Of a stretch of DNA of 64,000 nt, positions 45,703 through 55,076 are shown piece after piece; within the stretch, counting starts at the first letter, position 1; every line of letters begins with the position of its first letter. A program made the translations under genes and the position numbers. The DNA comes from an uncultured delta proteobacterium (GTDB lineage Bacteria > Myxococcota_A > Polyangia > Palsa-1104), in contig CAWAWS010000014.1 of NCBI GenBank assembly GCA_963785725.1, positions 192,001-256,000 of the forward strand. Direction: 5' to 3'. Under the pieces are notes generated by a model. That model was not told where the DNA came from and did no database searches. It saw only the letters and a program-made list of their open reading frames with translations.

Positions 45703-45917
45703 TGGCAGCCGCAGCCGCCGCCGGCGCTGGCGCCGTCGCCGCCGGCCGCTCCTTCGCGCACGCCGTAAAACTTCTGCTTGCGATAGGCCTCGGTCGGCTC
45801 GTCACCGAGCCGCATGATCGGATCGGCGAGCGCGGCGCGGCGATTCTGCGGCACGATCGCGCACGCCACGCTGCCGAGCGGCAGGCCGAGCAGCAGCACG
45901 AACAAGATCCGGCGCAT
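45699..45917 (-). CDS. DUF4266-like small lipoprotein
   Basis: Lipobox-like SVAC, LADPIM, REGAAGG..GGGCGCQ C-terminus. Confidence 0.8.
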   Translation of the reverse strand: MRRILFVLLLGLPLGSVACAIVPQNRRAALADPIMRLGDEPTEAYRKQKFYGVREGAAGGDGASAGGGCGCQ

Positions 45918-46432
45918 CAAAAGAGTCCATTGCTGCGCGAATCCGCTAGTGGCATTAGGCCTTGGCGGCGACGACGGCGCCAACGATCGCCGGCGCTCGC
46001 GCTGTCCGCGACGCCGACGATGGCGCCCAGGATCGCCGCGCTGATGCCGATTCCAAAGCCGACACGCATCGCCGGATGGCCGTGATCGAGCAGCTCGGGA
46101 TGCGATTCCAAGAGTGCTATCGCGAGGATGCTGCCGGCGAGCGGAGCGATGGTGAAGTAGAGCGCGCGGCGATACTCGCGACCGATCAGGTGTGACGCCA
46201 GCGGCGCCAGCGTCAGTCCCGTCAACGCCGTGTAGATCCCGGCCTTGCGCGTGTCGACGTCGTCGCGCGCGGCGAAAGTGGCGCCGCCCGCGGCCAGCGG
46301 TACGATGCTGACGGCGGCGCCGATCGCCAACGAGAGCGGCACGTTGGGCGGCTTGTCACGCCCATCGGCCTCGTCGGCCGCGGCGCGCGCGACGAACCCG
46401 GCCACGAGGATGGCTGCGCAGACGAAACGCAT
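45917..46432 (-). CDS. Hypothetical membrane protein
   Basis: Signal peptide plus about four TM segments; stop overlaps DUF4266 start. Confidence 0.6.
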   Translation of the reverse strand: MRFVCAAILVAGFVARAAADEADGRDKPPNVPLSLAIGAAVSIVPLAAGGATFAARDDVDTRKAGIYTALTGLTLAPLASHLIGREYRRALYFTIAPLAGSILAIALLESHPELLDHGHPAMRVGFGIGISAAILGAIVGVADSASAGDRWRRRRRQGLMPLADSRSNGLF

Positions 46433-46564
46433 GCGGCATGTTCGACCAGCGGTTCCGACGCGGCAACAAATCGACTAAATCGAGCGATTTGATCGACTTA
46501 TCAAATAACTTTTGTTTTCCTCGGCGCTGGAAAGAGGAATATGGGGGGCTGGGTGAGGCAGCAG

Positions 46565-48238
46565 ATGGCGACGGAACGAGAGGACGAAACGCCGCACGTC
46601 CCGTTGATCGTCATCCGCGTGCAGACGGCATCGCAGACCGAGGACGATTTCGTCGTCCATCATTGCCGCTACTTCGGGGTCGACGTCGTGTTCCTGCCGA
46701 CCGAAGGCGTGCAGCCGCCGGGTCGTCGCGTCCGCTTCGCGTTCGTGCTCGGCGACGGCAAGGAGGTCGTGAGCGGCGAAGGCGTCGTCCTGCGCATGCG
46801 CCGCGACAGCAACAGCCCGCAGCGACCGCCGGGCATGGAGCTGCGCTACCAATGTCTCGATGAGCCGAGCCAGCGCGTCGTCGATCGCATGCTGCTGTTG
46901 CGCACGCAGGGCGTCGTGCTGCGCAAGGCCGATCCGCCGCCGTACGTCTCGATGTGGCTCGAGGGCGACGAGAACACGCAGCAGACGACGACGCCGAAGC
47001 GACGTGCGAGCGCCGAGCCGTCGATGACGCTGCCGGCGAATCCGTTCGCCGAGGTGCCGCCGCAGGCGCTGAGCTACTTCGTGGACTGGGCGATCGAGCG
47101 CGCGACCGATGCGCGGCGGCGCGGGCCGTCGCGGACGTCGTTCGCGCGCGTGAAAATGCGGCCCAATCGGCGCGACTCGCCGCTGCGTCGGGCGCGCGTC
47201 GTCGTGGCGTTTTCGGGCGGTTTGGCGACGGGGCTCATCCTCTTGTTGTTCGCCGGGCCGCCCAAGCGCGCCGATGCGGTGGGCGTGCGCAACGATCGCT
47301 TGGCGACGCCGGCCGAGCTGGCGGCGCGCGTCGAGGCGGCGGCGCGGGCGCCCGGCGTCGGCGGTAACGCGGCGGCGCCGCGGCCGATCGCGGTCGAGCC
47401 GGCCGTCGCGCAAACGGCCGCGCCCGCCGCGATGACGCCGGCGACGACGAGCGCGCCGGCGACCGCCGAGCCGACACCGGTCGCGCCCAACGCGCTGTCG
47501 ACCCTGATCGCGCGCAACGCCGCGGCCGCGCAGTCGCAAGCGCCGGCCGCCAAGTCCGCGCCGAGCGTCGCGAGTCCGCCGCCGGTCGCGCCCAAGCCGA
47601 CGCTGCTGGCCTCGGCCGCGCCGACCATGCCGGCGACGACGTCGACGACCGCCGCGCCCGCCGAAAACAGCGCGCCGGCGACGACGAACAGCGATGGCGA
47701 CGGCGATCGCGACTCGCTCGATGCGCCCGCGCCGCCGGTTCGTCCCGTCGGCGCCAAGAAGGTGCCGCTCTTCGTGACCTCGTCGCCGCCCGGCTGGGTC
47801 GAAGTCGACGGCCGCCGCCGCGGACGCTCGCCGCTGACGACGGTCGTCGAGGCGGGCCCGCACGAAGTCGTCATCGAGCGGCCGCGTTATCTCTCGGCGC
47901 ACGAGCACGTCGACGGTCCGGGCAAGCTGGCCGTCGAGCTCTTGCGGCCGCCGGCGACGCTGCACGTGACGTCGTCGCCGTCGGGCGCGGTGGTGCGCGT
48001 CGATGGCCACGCCGCCGGAAATACGCCGGTGAATCTGACGTTGACCGGCTACGAGCAGCACAAAGTCGAGGTCGAGCTGAACGGAAAGACGCTGCGCCGT
48101 AAGGTCTACTTGCGGCCGCCGCTGGCCAGCGTCGACTTCGAGATCGCGGCGGCGGTGCTGCCGGTCAATCAATCAAGCCAGCTCGATAAGCATAGCGAAC
48201 GATCTCCGCGACCGAGTGTGCTCCTAGCTTCTCCTTGA
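46565..48238 (+). CDS. TIGR02266/PilZ-like domain + TM + Pro/Ala linker + two PEGA domains
   Basis: FLPT..PPG..VRF.F.L.DG..GEGVV..PGM; VTSSPPG.VEVDG..G.SPL; VTSSPSGAVVRVDG..GNTP. Confidence 0.75.
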   Translation: MATEREDETPHVPLIVIRVQTASQTEDDFVVHHCRYFGVDVVFLPTEGVQPPGRRVRFAFVLGDGKEVVSGEGVVLRMRRDSNSPQRPPGMELRYQCLDEPSQRVVDRMLLLRTQGVVLRKADPPPYVSMWLEGDENTQQTTTPKRRASAEPSMTLPANPFAEVPPQALSYFVDWAIERATDARRRGPSRTSFARVKMRPNRRDSPLRRARVVVAFSGGLATGLILLLFAGPPKRADAVGVRNDRLATPAELAARVEAAARAPGVGGNAAAPRPIAVEPAVAQTAAPAAMTPATTSAPATAEPTPVAPNALSTLIARNAAAAQSQAPAAKSAPSVASPPPVAPKPTLLASAAPTMPATTSTTAAPAENSAPATTNSDGDGDRDSLDAPAPPVRPVGAKKVPLFVTSSPPGWVEVDGRRRGRSPLTTVVEAGPHEVVIERPRYLSAHEHVDGPGKLAVELLRPPATLHVTSSPSGAVVRVDGHAAGNTPVNLTLTGYEQHKVEVELNGKTLRRKVYLRPPLASVDFEIAAAVLPVNQSSQLDKHSERSPRPSVLLASP

Positions 48239-48794
48239 TCTTGGCCAGGTGGTTCGACACCGTGCCTGCCGTCAAGTCGAGCTCGGCCGCGATCTCGGAG
48301 CTGGTGCGTCCCTGAATGATGAGCGTGAACACTTGATGCTCGCGCGCCGTCAGCTTGGCGTGCGGCGGCTCGTCGCTCTCGTGCTGCGTCGTCAGGAACT
48401 GCTGCGCGATCGTCTCGGTGAAATAGGTCTTGCCCGCGGCCACTTTGCGGATGGCCTCGAGCAGCTCGGTGCTCGGCCGATCTTTGCACAGGTAACCCGC
48501 GGCGCCCGATCGTAAGAGCGCGATCGCATACTGATCTTCGGGATACATCGAGAGCACGAGCACGGGCAGATTCGGCCGCATTTGGCGGACGCGCCGTAGC
48601 ACTTCCGGCCCGTTTACGCGCGGCAACGACAAGTCGAGGATGATGAGATCGCAGTCGAGCTGCGGCGCGGCGTTGAGGAGCTGCCGTCCATCGGACGCTT
48701 CGCCGACGACGGTCATGTCGGTCGTCGACGAGATGAGCTCGCGCAGGCCGTGTCTGACGATCGCGTGATCGTCGGCGATGAAGATGCGGATCAT
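48165..48794 (-). CDS. NarL/UvrY-family response regulator
   Basis: IADDHAIVRHGL, ILDLSLP, GAAGYL.K, LTAREHQV LuxR-type HTH. Confidence 0.95.
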   Translation of the reverse strand: MIRIFIADDHAIVRHGLRELISSTTDMTVVGEASDGRQLLNAAPQLDCDLIILDLSLPRVNGPEVLRRVRQMRPNLPVLVLSMYPEDQYAIALLRSGAAGYLCKDRPSTELLEAIRKVAAGKTYFTETIAQQFLTTQHESDEPPHAKLTAREHQVFTLIIQGRTSSEIAAELDLTAGTVSNHLAKIKEKLGAHSVAEIVRYAYRAGLID

Positions 48795-50083
48795 GACCTA
48801 GGCTCCGATCGAGTCTCGGGAACTGCGGGAATCGCGCTCGGCGCGAGCGGCAACAGCGCGGCCAGCGTCGTGCCGCCGCCGACGCGCGGACGCAGCTCGA
48901 GGCGGCCGGCCAACGCCGAGACGCGCTCGCCGATGCCGAGCAGGCCGAAGCCGTTGCGCCGCTGCTTGCCGCTCGGCGGTCCGATGCCGTCGTCGGACAC
49001 GGTGATCGACAGCTGCCCATCGCGCGTCGTGACTTCGACTTCGGCGCGGCTGGCGTGCGCGTGGCGAACGACGTTGGTGAGCGCCTCTTGCACGATGCGG
49101 AAGGTGACCGCGGCCGCCTCCATCGGCAAGCCGTCGGCGCCGTCGCTGACGACGTCACAGCTGACGCCGGCGCGGTCGGTCTGGCGCGCCAGCCAATCGA
49201 GCGCCGCCGGCAAGCCCATCTCGGCCAACATCGGCGGGCGCAGCTCGGTGACGAGGTTGCGTGTCGTTTGATGTGTGCGCTTCAGCAGCGCCTCCAGCTC
49301 CGTCAGGTTGCTCTTGATGGACTGCGGATCTTTGGCGAACCGCTGCTGCGCCAAGGCCAACGCCAAGTGCATCGCGGTCAATTCTTGGCCCAGCTCGTCA
49401 TGCAGCTCGCGGGCGATGCGCGTCCGCTCCTGCTCGCGCGTGCGCTCCAAATGATCGAGCGCCAGCGACTGGAAGAACGACTGCCGCAAGCTGCGAAAGG
49501 CGAGGTGGCCAACGGCGACGACCATCGCTCCCATGGAGATCACGAAGCTCATCATGACCAAAACGAGCGGATCATGCCAATGGGCCGGATGTGGAACCAA
49601 AAAGCCTACACACAGCGCGATCGTCATCGCCGAGACCAGCACGATGCGCTGCCGGCGTTCGAGCGGCGCCAGCACGCTGAAGAAGAGCGCGGGAAAGCCG
49701 AGGCTCATCCACGGCTGACCGGGACCGCCCATGTTTCCGAGCGTCCAGCCGATGATGATCATCGTGAACGTGCCGGCGGTGCCGAGGACGGCGATGGGAT
49801 GACGCGTGCCCAGCTGCGCGCGCAGCATCGCGTAGCTCGACAGCGAGATGCCGATGACGGCCAGTCGCAGCCAAAAGACGGTGTGGCGCACGTCGGGAAA
49901 TTTGCTGAAGACGAGCCAGTCGGTCGGCCACAGAAGCGCCGTGAAGCCGGCCAAGAACAGCACGCCGATGAGCCCCGAGCGCAAGCTGACGCGGCGCAAA
50001 TGCTCGTCGAGCTGCGCTTCGACGTTCGCGCGCTCGCCGCTGTCGACGAAGCGCGGTTCAAAATTTCTTGATGCTTCGGTCAA
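48791..50083 (-). CDS. Membrane sensor histidine kinase (HisKA_3)
   Basis: About six TM segments; ERTRIARELHDELGQ, FRIVQEALTNVVRHA, DDGIG, GFGLLGIGER. Confidence 0.93.
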   Translation of the reverse strand: MTEASRNFEPRFVDSGERANVEAQLDEHLRRVSLRSGLIGVLFLAGFTALLWPTDWLVFSKFPDVRHTVFWLRLAVIGISLSSYAMLRAQLGTRHPIAVLGTAGTFTMIIIGWTLGNMGGPGQPWMSLGFPALFFSVLAPLERRQRIVLVSAMTIALCVGFLVPHPAHWHDPLVLVMMSFVISMGAMVVAVGHLAFRSLRQSFFQSLALDHLERTREQERTRIARELHDELGQELTAMHLALALAQQRFAKDPQSIKSNLTELEALLKRTHQTTRNLVTELRPPMLAEMGLPAALDWLARQTDRAGVSCDVVSDGADGLPMEAAAVTFRIVQEALTNVVRHAHASRAEVEVTTRDGQLSITVSDDGIGPPSGKQRRNGFGLLGIGERVSALAGRLELRPRVGGGTTLAALLPLAPSAIPAVPETRSEPRS

Positions 50084-50161
50084 CGTTCACTCGGCGACTG
50101 CGCGAGCATGGAACCTTACCTTTGGCTTCGCAGACTAATCGTCCGAAGGGCCAGACGCAAC

Positions 50162-50524
50162 ATGGACCAGCGCGAGATCGAGGGCAATGCGACGGAACGG
50201 CTGGCCTGGCTGGCGCAAATGTGCCGGCTCAGCCCGCTCGGAGTCGCCCTCTTCGCGCTCGTCGCCGGTGTCGCCGAGGATCCCAACCTGCCGGTGGCGT
50301 GGTGGACGTTGGCGGCGGCGGCGACGCGGCTGGGCGTCGACGAGCCGCAGCTGCGACGGCAGCTGATGGTGGGCGCGCCGCTCATCGATTGGGGGCTCGT
50401 GCGCACAGCGCCACCGCCGCGCACACATTTACTGGGCGAGGCGCGCGTGGCCGTCAACGAGCGGATCGCGCGCTTCTTGTGGTCGCGGCGGACGCGGCCG
50501 GCCGAGTTCCGCCCCGCCTCGTAA
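50162..50524 (+). CDS. Hypothetical protein resembling the N-terminal winged-helix region of AAA ATPases
   Basis: RL..L....LS, L....PL..WGLV pattern; no ATPase domain follows. Confidence 0.45.
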   Translation: MDQREIEGNATERLAWLAQMCRLSPLGVALFALVAGVAEDPNLPVAWWTLAAAATRLGVDEPQLRRQLMVGAPLIDWGLVRTAPPPRTHLLGEARVAVNERIARFLWSRRTRPAEFRPAS

Positions 50525-50634
50525 GTCCGTCAGTCGCTGGCGCTTCAGTCGCTCATTGCGAAGGCTATGGTACGTGCGATAGCCGCGCTAAAGTCACTAC
50601 ACTTTAGGCGGCTAAAGCACGTGCGATAGCCGGA

Positions 50635-52021
50635 TCAGCCGTTGGCGACGAGCGCGGGCTCGACGTCGGCCGCCGGCAGCTCGGTCGCTTGACGCGTGGC
50701 GGCGGCGATCCTGCGCCAACCGCCGCGCACCAAGCGGTGCCAGATGATGAAGGCGCCGATGATCGTCTCGCCGCACAAGCCGATCCAGCCGCCGTAGGCG
50801 CCGAGCCCGGCGTGCCAGCCGAGCAGCCAGGTCAAGGGCGGCGTCATCAGCCACGCGGTCACGACGCCGACGACGGCCGCGAAGCGCACGTCGCCGACGC
50901 CGCGCAAGAATCGAGCGACCGACGATGTTGGCGCCGTCGAACAGCTGGAAGACGGCGGCGACGCGCAAGAGACGGACGGCGACCGTCGCCAGCGCCGCGT
51001 TGGACGTGAAGCCGGCGACGATCATGGGCCCGCCGAACCAGAAGATCGGCGACGCCAGCGCGGTGTAGCCGCCGGCCGTCCACAAGCCGAGGCGCGCCAC
51101 CGGCATGACGAGCGCCTCGCGGCGCGCGCCGATCGCTTGGCCGGCCATGACCGACGCCGCTTCCGCGACCGCCCACGCCGGCAGGAACGAGAACTGACAG
51201 ACCTGCAGCGCGATCTGATGCGCCGCCATCTGCGTCTCGCTCAGCGACGAGATCATCGACGCCAACAGCGTGAACGAGCCGATCTCCAGCATGAACTGCA
51301 GCGCCGTCGGCAAGCCGATGCGCCACAGCTCGCGCACGTGCACGAACGACGCGCGGCCGATGCGCACGCCGCGACGCGCGCTCAGCCACCACAAGATCGC
51401 CGTCTCGAGCACGCTGGCGATCGCCGTCGCCGTCGCCGCGCCGGCCACGCCGCGATGCAAGCCGAAGACGAACAGCACGGCCAGCGTGACGTTGACCAGG
51501 TTGGCGCCGATCGTCGCCAGCATCGGTGACTGCGAGTCGCCTTCGGCGTAGCCCACTTCGCGCAGCGCGACGCCGACGAGCACGATCGGCGCCACCAGGT
51601 TGCGGATGTGCAAATACGTGCGCGCCGCTTCGCCCGCCGCCGGCGTCGCCGACAGGTGCACGAGCAGCTCGGCTACGATCTGACCGACGCCGACGGTGAG
51701 GACGCCGAGGACGACGGCCGCGCCCAACGCCGCGGCGCGGTAGGCGTTCACGAGATCGGGCCGGCGCGCGCCGACCGCCTGCGACACCAGCGTCTTACAG
51801 CCGCGCAACAGGCCGATCGAGAAGCACAGCACCGCGAACGTCGCCGTGCCCGCGAGCCCGACGCCGGCCAGCGCCGACGGGCCGAGGTGACCGACGAGCA
51901 GCGTGTCGACGAGCGTCATGATGCTGTACGACAGCGTCGACACCGCGATGGGCCAGGTCAGTCGCAATAACTCGCGAAGGGGATGCGCTTGCCAACTCAA
52001 CTCTTGCTGCTCGGTGCTCAT
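50635..52021 (-). CDS. MATE family efflux transporter, frameshift near 50908
   Basis: LTWPI, VDTLLVGHLG..ALAGVG, LVSQAVGA, IGLP, MAAHQI, FQLFDG, RGVGD. Confidence 0.92.
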
Positions 52022-52053
52022 TCGTGTCAGTCCGTTCGAAATCGAGATTGGGC

Positions 52054-52093
52054 AAAAAAAAACCGCGGGACCCTTTGTGGGAACCCGCGGCTT
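52054..52093 (-). terminator. Intrinsic terminator within the MATE 5' leader (attenuator)
   Basis: Minus strand CCGCGGGTTCCC-ACAAA-GGGTCCCGCGG followed by T9, 32 nt upstream of the MATE ATG. Confidence 0.85.
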
Positions 52094-52116
52094 AAAGCGA
52101 CGATAAAACGGTCACG

Positions 52117-52224
52117 TCATCCGGGTCCCCGCACGCGCACGAGTCGCGTCATGGCGATGCCAGCCGCGATTCGCGGCTGCGTCGGCGACGGACGCTGGGT
52201 GCAGTATGTGTTGTGCGTTCGCAC
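52117..52224 (-). CDS. Putative leader peptide (35 aa from GTG 52224, or 11 aa MTRLVRVRGPG from ATG 52152)
   Basis: uORF between promoter and terminator; its last codons are complementary to the terminator 5' arm. Confidence 0.55.
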   Translation of the reverse strand: MRTHNTYCTQRPSPTQPRIAAGIAMTRLVRVRGPG

Positions 52225-52243
52225 GAAATGGGCCTGCCCGGTT

Positions 52244-52271
52244 AGGCTAGCCTGAAGCTGGCCGTTGTCAA
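52244..52271 (-). promoter_or_regulatory. Sigma70-like promoter for the MATE leader
   Basis: TTGACA-N16-TAGCCT on the minus strand. Confidence 0.6.
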
Positions 52272-52424
52272 ACGCGAGCTACTTTGTTCGCCCGCGGCGG
52301 CCTGCGGCGGCTCTGCGTCGCGGCGCGGGCGTCGCACTTTGGTCGCTGCGGCGCGGCATGGCCCAATCGATAAGTTACGAATAGTTGCCAACGACTACGC
52401 GTCCGCGATGTTACGGTGTGCGCG

Positions 52425-53798
52425 ATGCCGTCGACGCTGCGCCTCGTCCTCATCGCCACGACCGCTGCCATCGGCGGCTTCTTGTTCGGCTTCGACACCG
52501 CCGTCATCAACGGCGCGGTCGGCGCGCTGCAGAAGCAGTTTCACGCGAGCGAGCTCGGCATCGGCCTCACCGTGTCGTCGGCGCTGCTCGGCTCGGCGTT
52601 GGGCGCGTTCGTCGCCGGCAAGATCGCCGATCGCTACGGCCGCGCGCGCGCCATGATCGTGACCGCGCTGCTCTTCGTCGGCAGCGGCGTCTTGTCGGGC
52701 GCCGCGTTCTCGCTGTGGGACTTGAGCGTCTGGCGCTTCTTCGGCGGCATCGCCATCGGCATGGCCAGCGTCATCGCGCCCGCCTACATCGCCGAGATCG
52801 CGCCCGCCGAATTGCGCGGCCGGCTCGGCTCGTTGCAGCAGCTCGCCATCGTCGTCGGCATCTTCGCGGCGCTGCTCGGCGACTTCGGCATCGCCGCCGT
52901 CGCCGGCTCGGCCTCGGCCAACGCCTGGCTCGGCTTCCCCGCGTGGCGCTGGATGTTCTGGAGCGAGCTCATCCCGGCGATTGCTTACGGCTTGGGCGCA
53001 CTCTTCATCCCCGAGTCGCCGCGCTATCTGGCTGCGCGCGGTCGCGACGCCGAGGCGCTGCTGGTCCTGCGCTCGCTCATGGGCGACCGCGCCGACGCGA
53101 AATTGCGCGAAATCCGCGACACCGTCGAGCGCGAGCACGTCCCCGGCATGTCCGACCTGCTCGGCCGCCGCTACGGCCTCTTGCCGATCGTGTGGATCGG
53201 CATCGCGCTCTCGGTCTTGCAGCAGCTCGTCGGCATCAACGTCATCTTTTATTACTCGAGCGTCTTGTGGCAGGCGGTCGGCTTCTCGGAGCACGACGCG
53301 CTCGCCATCACCGTCATCACCAGCGTCACCAACATCGTCACCACGCTCATCGCCATCGCCGCCATCGATCGCTTTGGCCGCAAGCCGCTCTTGATCGCCG
53401 GCTCCATCGGCATGGCATTGACCTTGGGCGCGATGGCGTTCGTCTTCGCGCGCGCCGGCTTCGACGCCGCCGGCCACCCGCTCTTGCGCAGCGGCGACGG
53501 CGTCATCGCGCTCGTCGCCGCCAACGTCTACGTCTTCTGCTTCGGCTTTTCCTGGGGCCCGGTCGTGTGGGTCTTGCTCGGCGAGATGTTCAACAACCGC
53601 ATTCGCGCCAGCGCCTTGTCGCTCGCCGCCGCCGCGCAATGGATCGCCAACTTCGCCGTGTCGGCGACGTTCCCGCTGCTGCAAAAGGCCGGGCTCGGCT
53701 TCGCCTATGGCGCCTATGCGGCGGCGGCGCTGGTGTCGCTGTGGTTCGTGTTGCGCTGGGTCAAAGAGACGCGCGGCAAAGAGCTGGAGCAGATGTAA
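52425..53798 (+). CDS. Sugar porter family MFS transporter (GlcP-like)
   Basis: GGFLFGFDTAVINGA, DRYGR, YIAEIAP..RGRLGSLQQ, PESPR, QQLVGINVIFYY, DRFGRK, ETRGKELE. Confidence 0.95.
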   Translation: MPSTLRLVLIATTAAIGGFLFGFDTAVINGAVGALQKQFHASELGIGLTVSSALLGSALGAFVAGKIADRYGRARAMIVTALLFVGSGVLSGAAFSLWDLSVWRFFGGIAIGMASVIAPAYIAEIAPAELRGRLGSLQQLAIVVGIFAALLGDFGIAAVAGSASANAWLGFPAWRWMFWSELIPAIAYGLGALFIPESPRYLAARGRDAEALLVLRSLMGDRADAKLREIRDTVEREHVPGMSDLLGRRYGLLPIVWIGIALSVLQQLVGINVIFYYSSVLWQAVGFSEHDALAITVITSVTNIVTTLIAIAAIDRFGRKPLLIAGSIGMALTLGAMAFVFARAGFDAAGHPLLRSGDGVIALVAANVYVFCFGFSWGPVVWVLLGEMFNNRIRASALSLAAAAQWIANFAVSATFPLLQKAGLGFAYGAYAAAALVSLWFVLRWVKETRGKELEQM

Positions 53799-53817
53799 AC
53801 GCGACGACCGCTGCCGG

Positions 53818-55014
53818 TTACGCCAGCTGAACGCGCAGCAGATCGATCGAATCGGTGGCGCTGAGCGTGCGTTCGAAGCGCGGCGGCATCTCGGCGCGAT
53901 GGGTGATGCCGGCGTCGAGCTGGCGCAGGCCGCGCTTGGCGTCTTCGTAGCTGACGGTCTTGCGGCCGGCGTGCGCGGCTTCGGCGCGCGCCAAGAACGC
54001 GCCCACGCCCGCCGACACGACGAGCAGGTCGAGGCCGCTCGACAGCGACAAGCCGAACGACGGATCGCCGAAGAACGTGCACGACTCGATGGCGTCGATG
54101 AACCAGCGCGTGAAGAGCGCTTCGCCGTCGGCGCCGATGCCGGGCGCGACCGCTTCGACGTCGTTCCACGCCACGGCGCCGCCGGTGCGCAGCTCGACGT
54201 GACCGCCGCCGAACAGCGCCGAGAAGACGTTGCCGACGCGGCCCTTGGCGGTGCTGCCGAGGACGGTGACTTTGACGAGCGTGCGAAAGAGCGCGCGCGA
54301 CAGGCGCTCGACGTTGGGCGGCGCGGCCAAGGCCTCGTCGAGCAGCGCGCCGGCGCCGGCTTTGGCCTCGGCGAACGCCTCGGCGAACGCCACGCCTTCG
54401 GCCATCTTCGTCTCGACGAGCGCCATGAGCGCGCACGCCAAACCGGCGCGGCGCAACAGCGTCGTCTCGGTCGCGAAGGCGGCGGCCAGCTCGGCGAGCA
54501 GCGGCTGCGCGTCGCTCCACGGCAGCTTCACGCCTTCGGTCAGCGTCAGCTCCGCCGGGATGCGAATGAGATAATGCGTGTTTTGAATCGAGTTTTTATA
54601 GAGCGCCTCGATCTCGGCGCGCTGCTCGTCGAGCGGCGGCCCTTCGTTGTCGACGACCGCCGGGCACGCGAACGACAGCCCGACGCGCACTTCCGTCGGC
54701 GTGGCCACGAAGCGCATGGGAAAGATCTGGCAGACGTGCGGCTTGGCCTCGGCGCCGAATTGGCTGTGAATGCCGCACAACATGTCGTCTTTGCGCACCG
54801 GGCAGCTGGTGCCGACGAGCGCCAGCGTCTCGATCTGCTGCTCCCCGAGCCGCGATTTTCCGATCGCCTTCTTCAGCCGCTCGGGCGAGATCAGCTGCCC
54901 CGCATATTTGCGATATTGGTCGGCTTCACCCGGCTCCATCAGTGGAATCTGCCAGCCGGCGCAGCAGTCGCCGCAGGCCGTGCAGGTGTAACGCGCCTTG
55001 GACAGCGAGAGCAT
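53818..55014 (-). CDS. CxxCxxCC cysteine-cluster protein (YkgJ / FliB-like)
   Basis: CTACGDCCAGWQIP, CP..LCGIH..G...KPHVCQIFP, LSFACP. Confidence 0.78.
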   Translation of the reverse strand: MLSLSKARYTCTACGDCCAGWQIPLMEPGEADQYRKYAGQLISPERLKKAIGKSRLGEQQIETLALVGTSCPVRKDDMLCGIHSQFGAEAKPHVCQIFPMRFVATPTEVRVGLSFACPAVVDNEGPPLDEQRAEIEALYKNSIQNTHYLIRIPAELTLTEGVKLPWSDAQPLLAELAAAFATETTLLRRAGLACALMALVETKMAEGVAFAEAFAEAKAGAGALLDEALAAPPNVERLSRALFRTLVKVTVLGSTAKGRVGNVFSALFGGGHVELRTGGAVAWNDVEAVAPGIGADGEALFTRWFIDAIESCTFFGDPSFGLSLSSGLDLLVVSAGVGAFLARAEAAHAGRKTVSYEDAKRGLRQLDAGITHRAEMPPRFERTLSATDSIDLLRVQLA

Positions 55015-55076
55015 TGGCTAACGGTAACAGCGCGCCCAAAGTCGAACCAGGACTTTTACGCGTGCCGACTGACGCT

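Noticed and set aside
48165..48238. 74-bp convergent overlap of the PEGA gene and the response regulator as antisense regulation
   Set aside because: The overlapping tail looks non-conserved and is easily explained by a lost stop or an indel.
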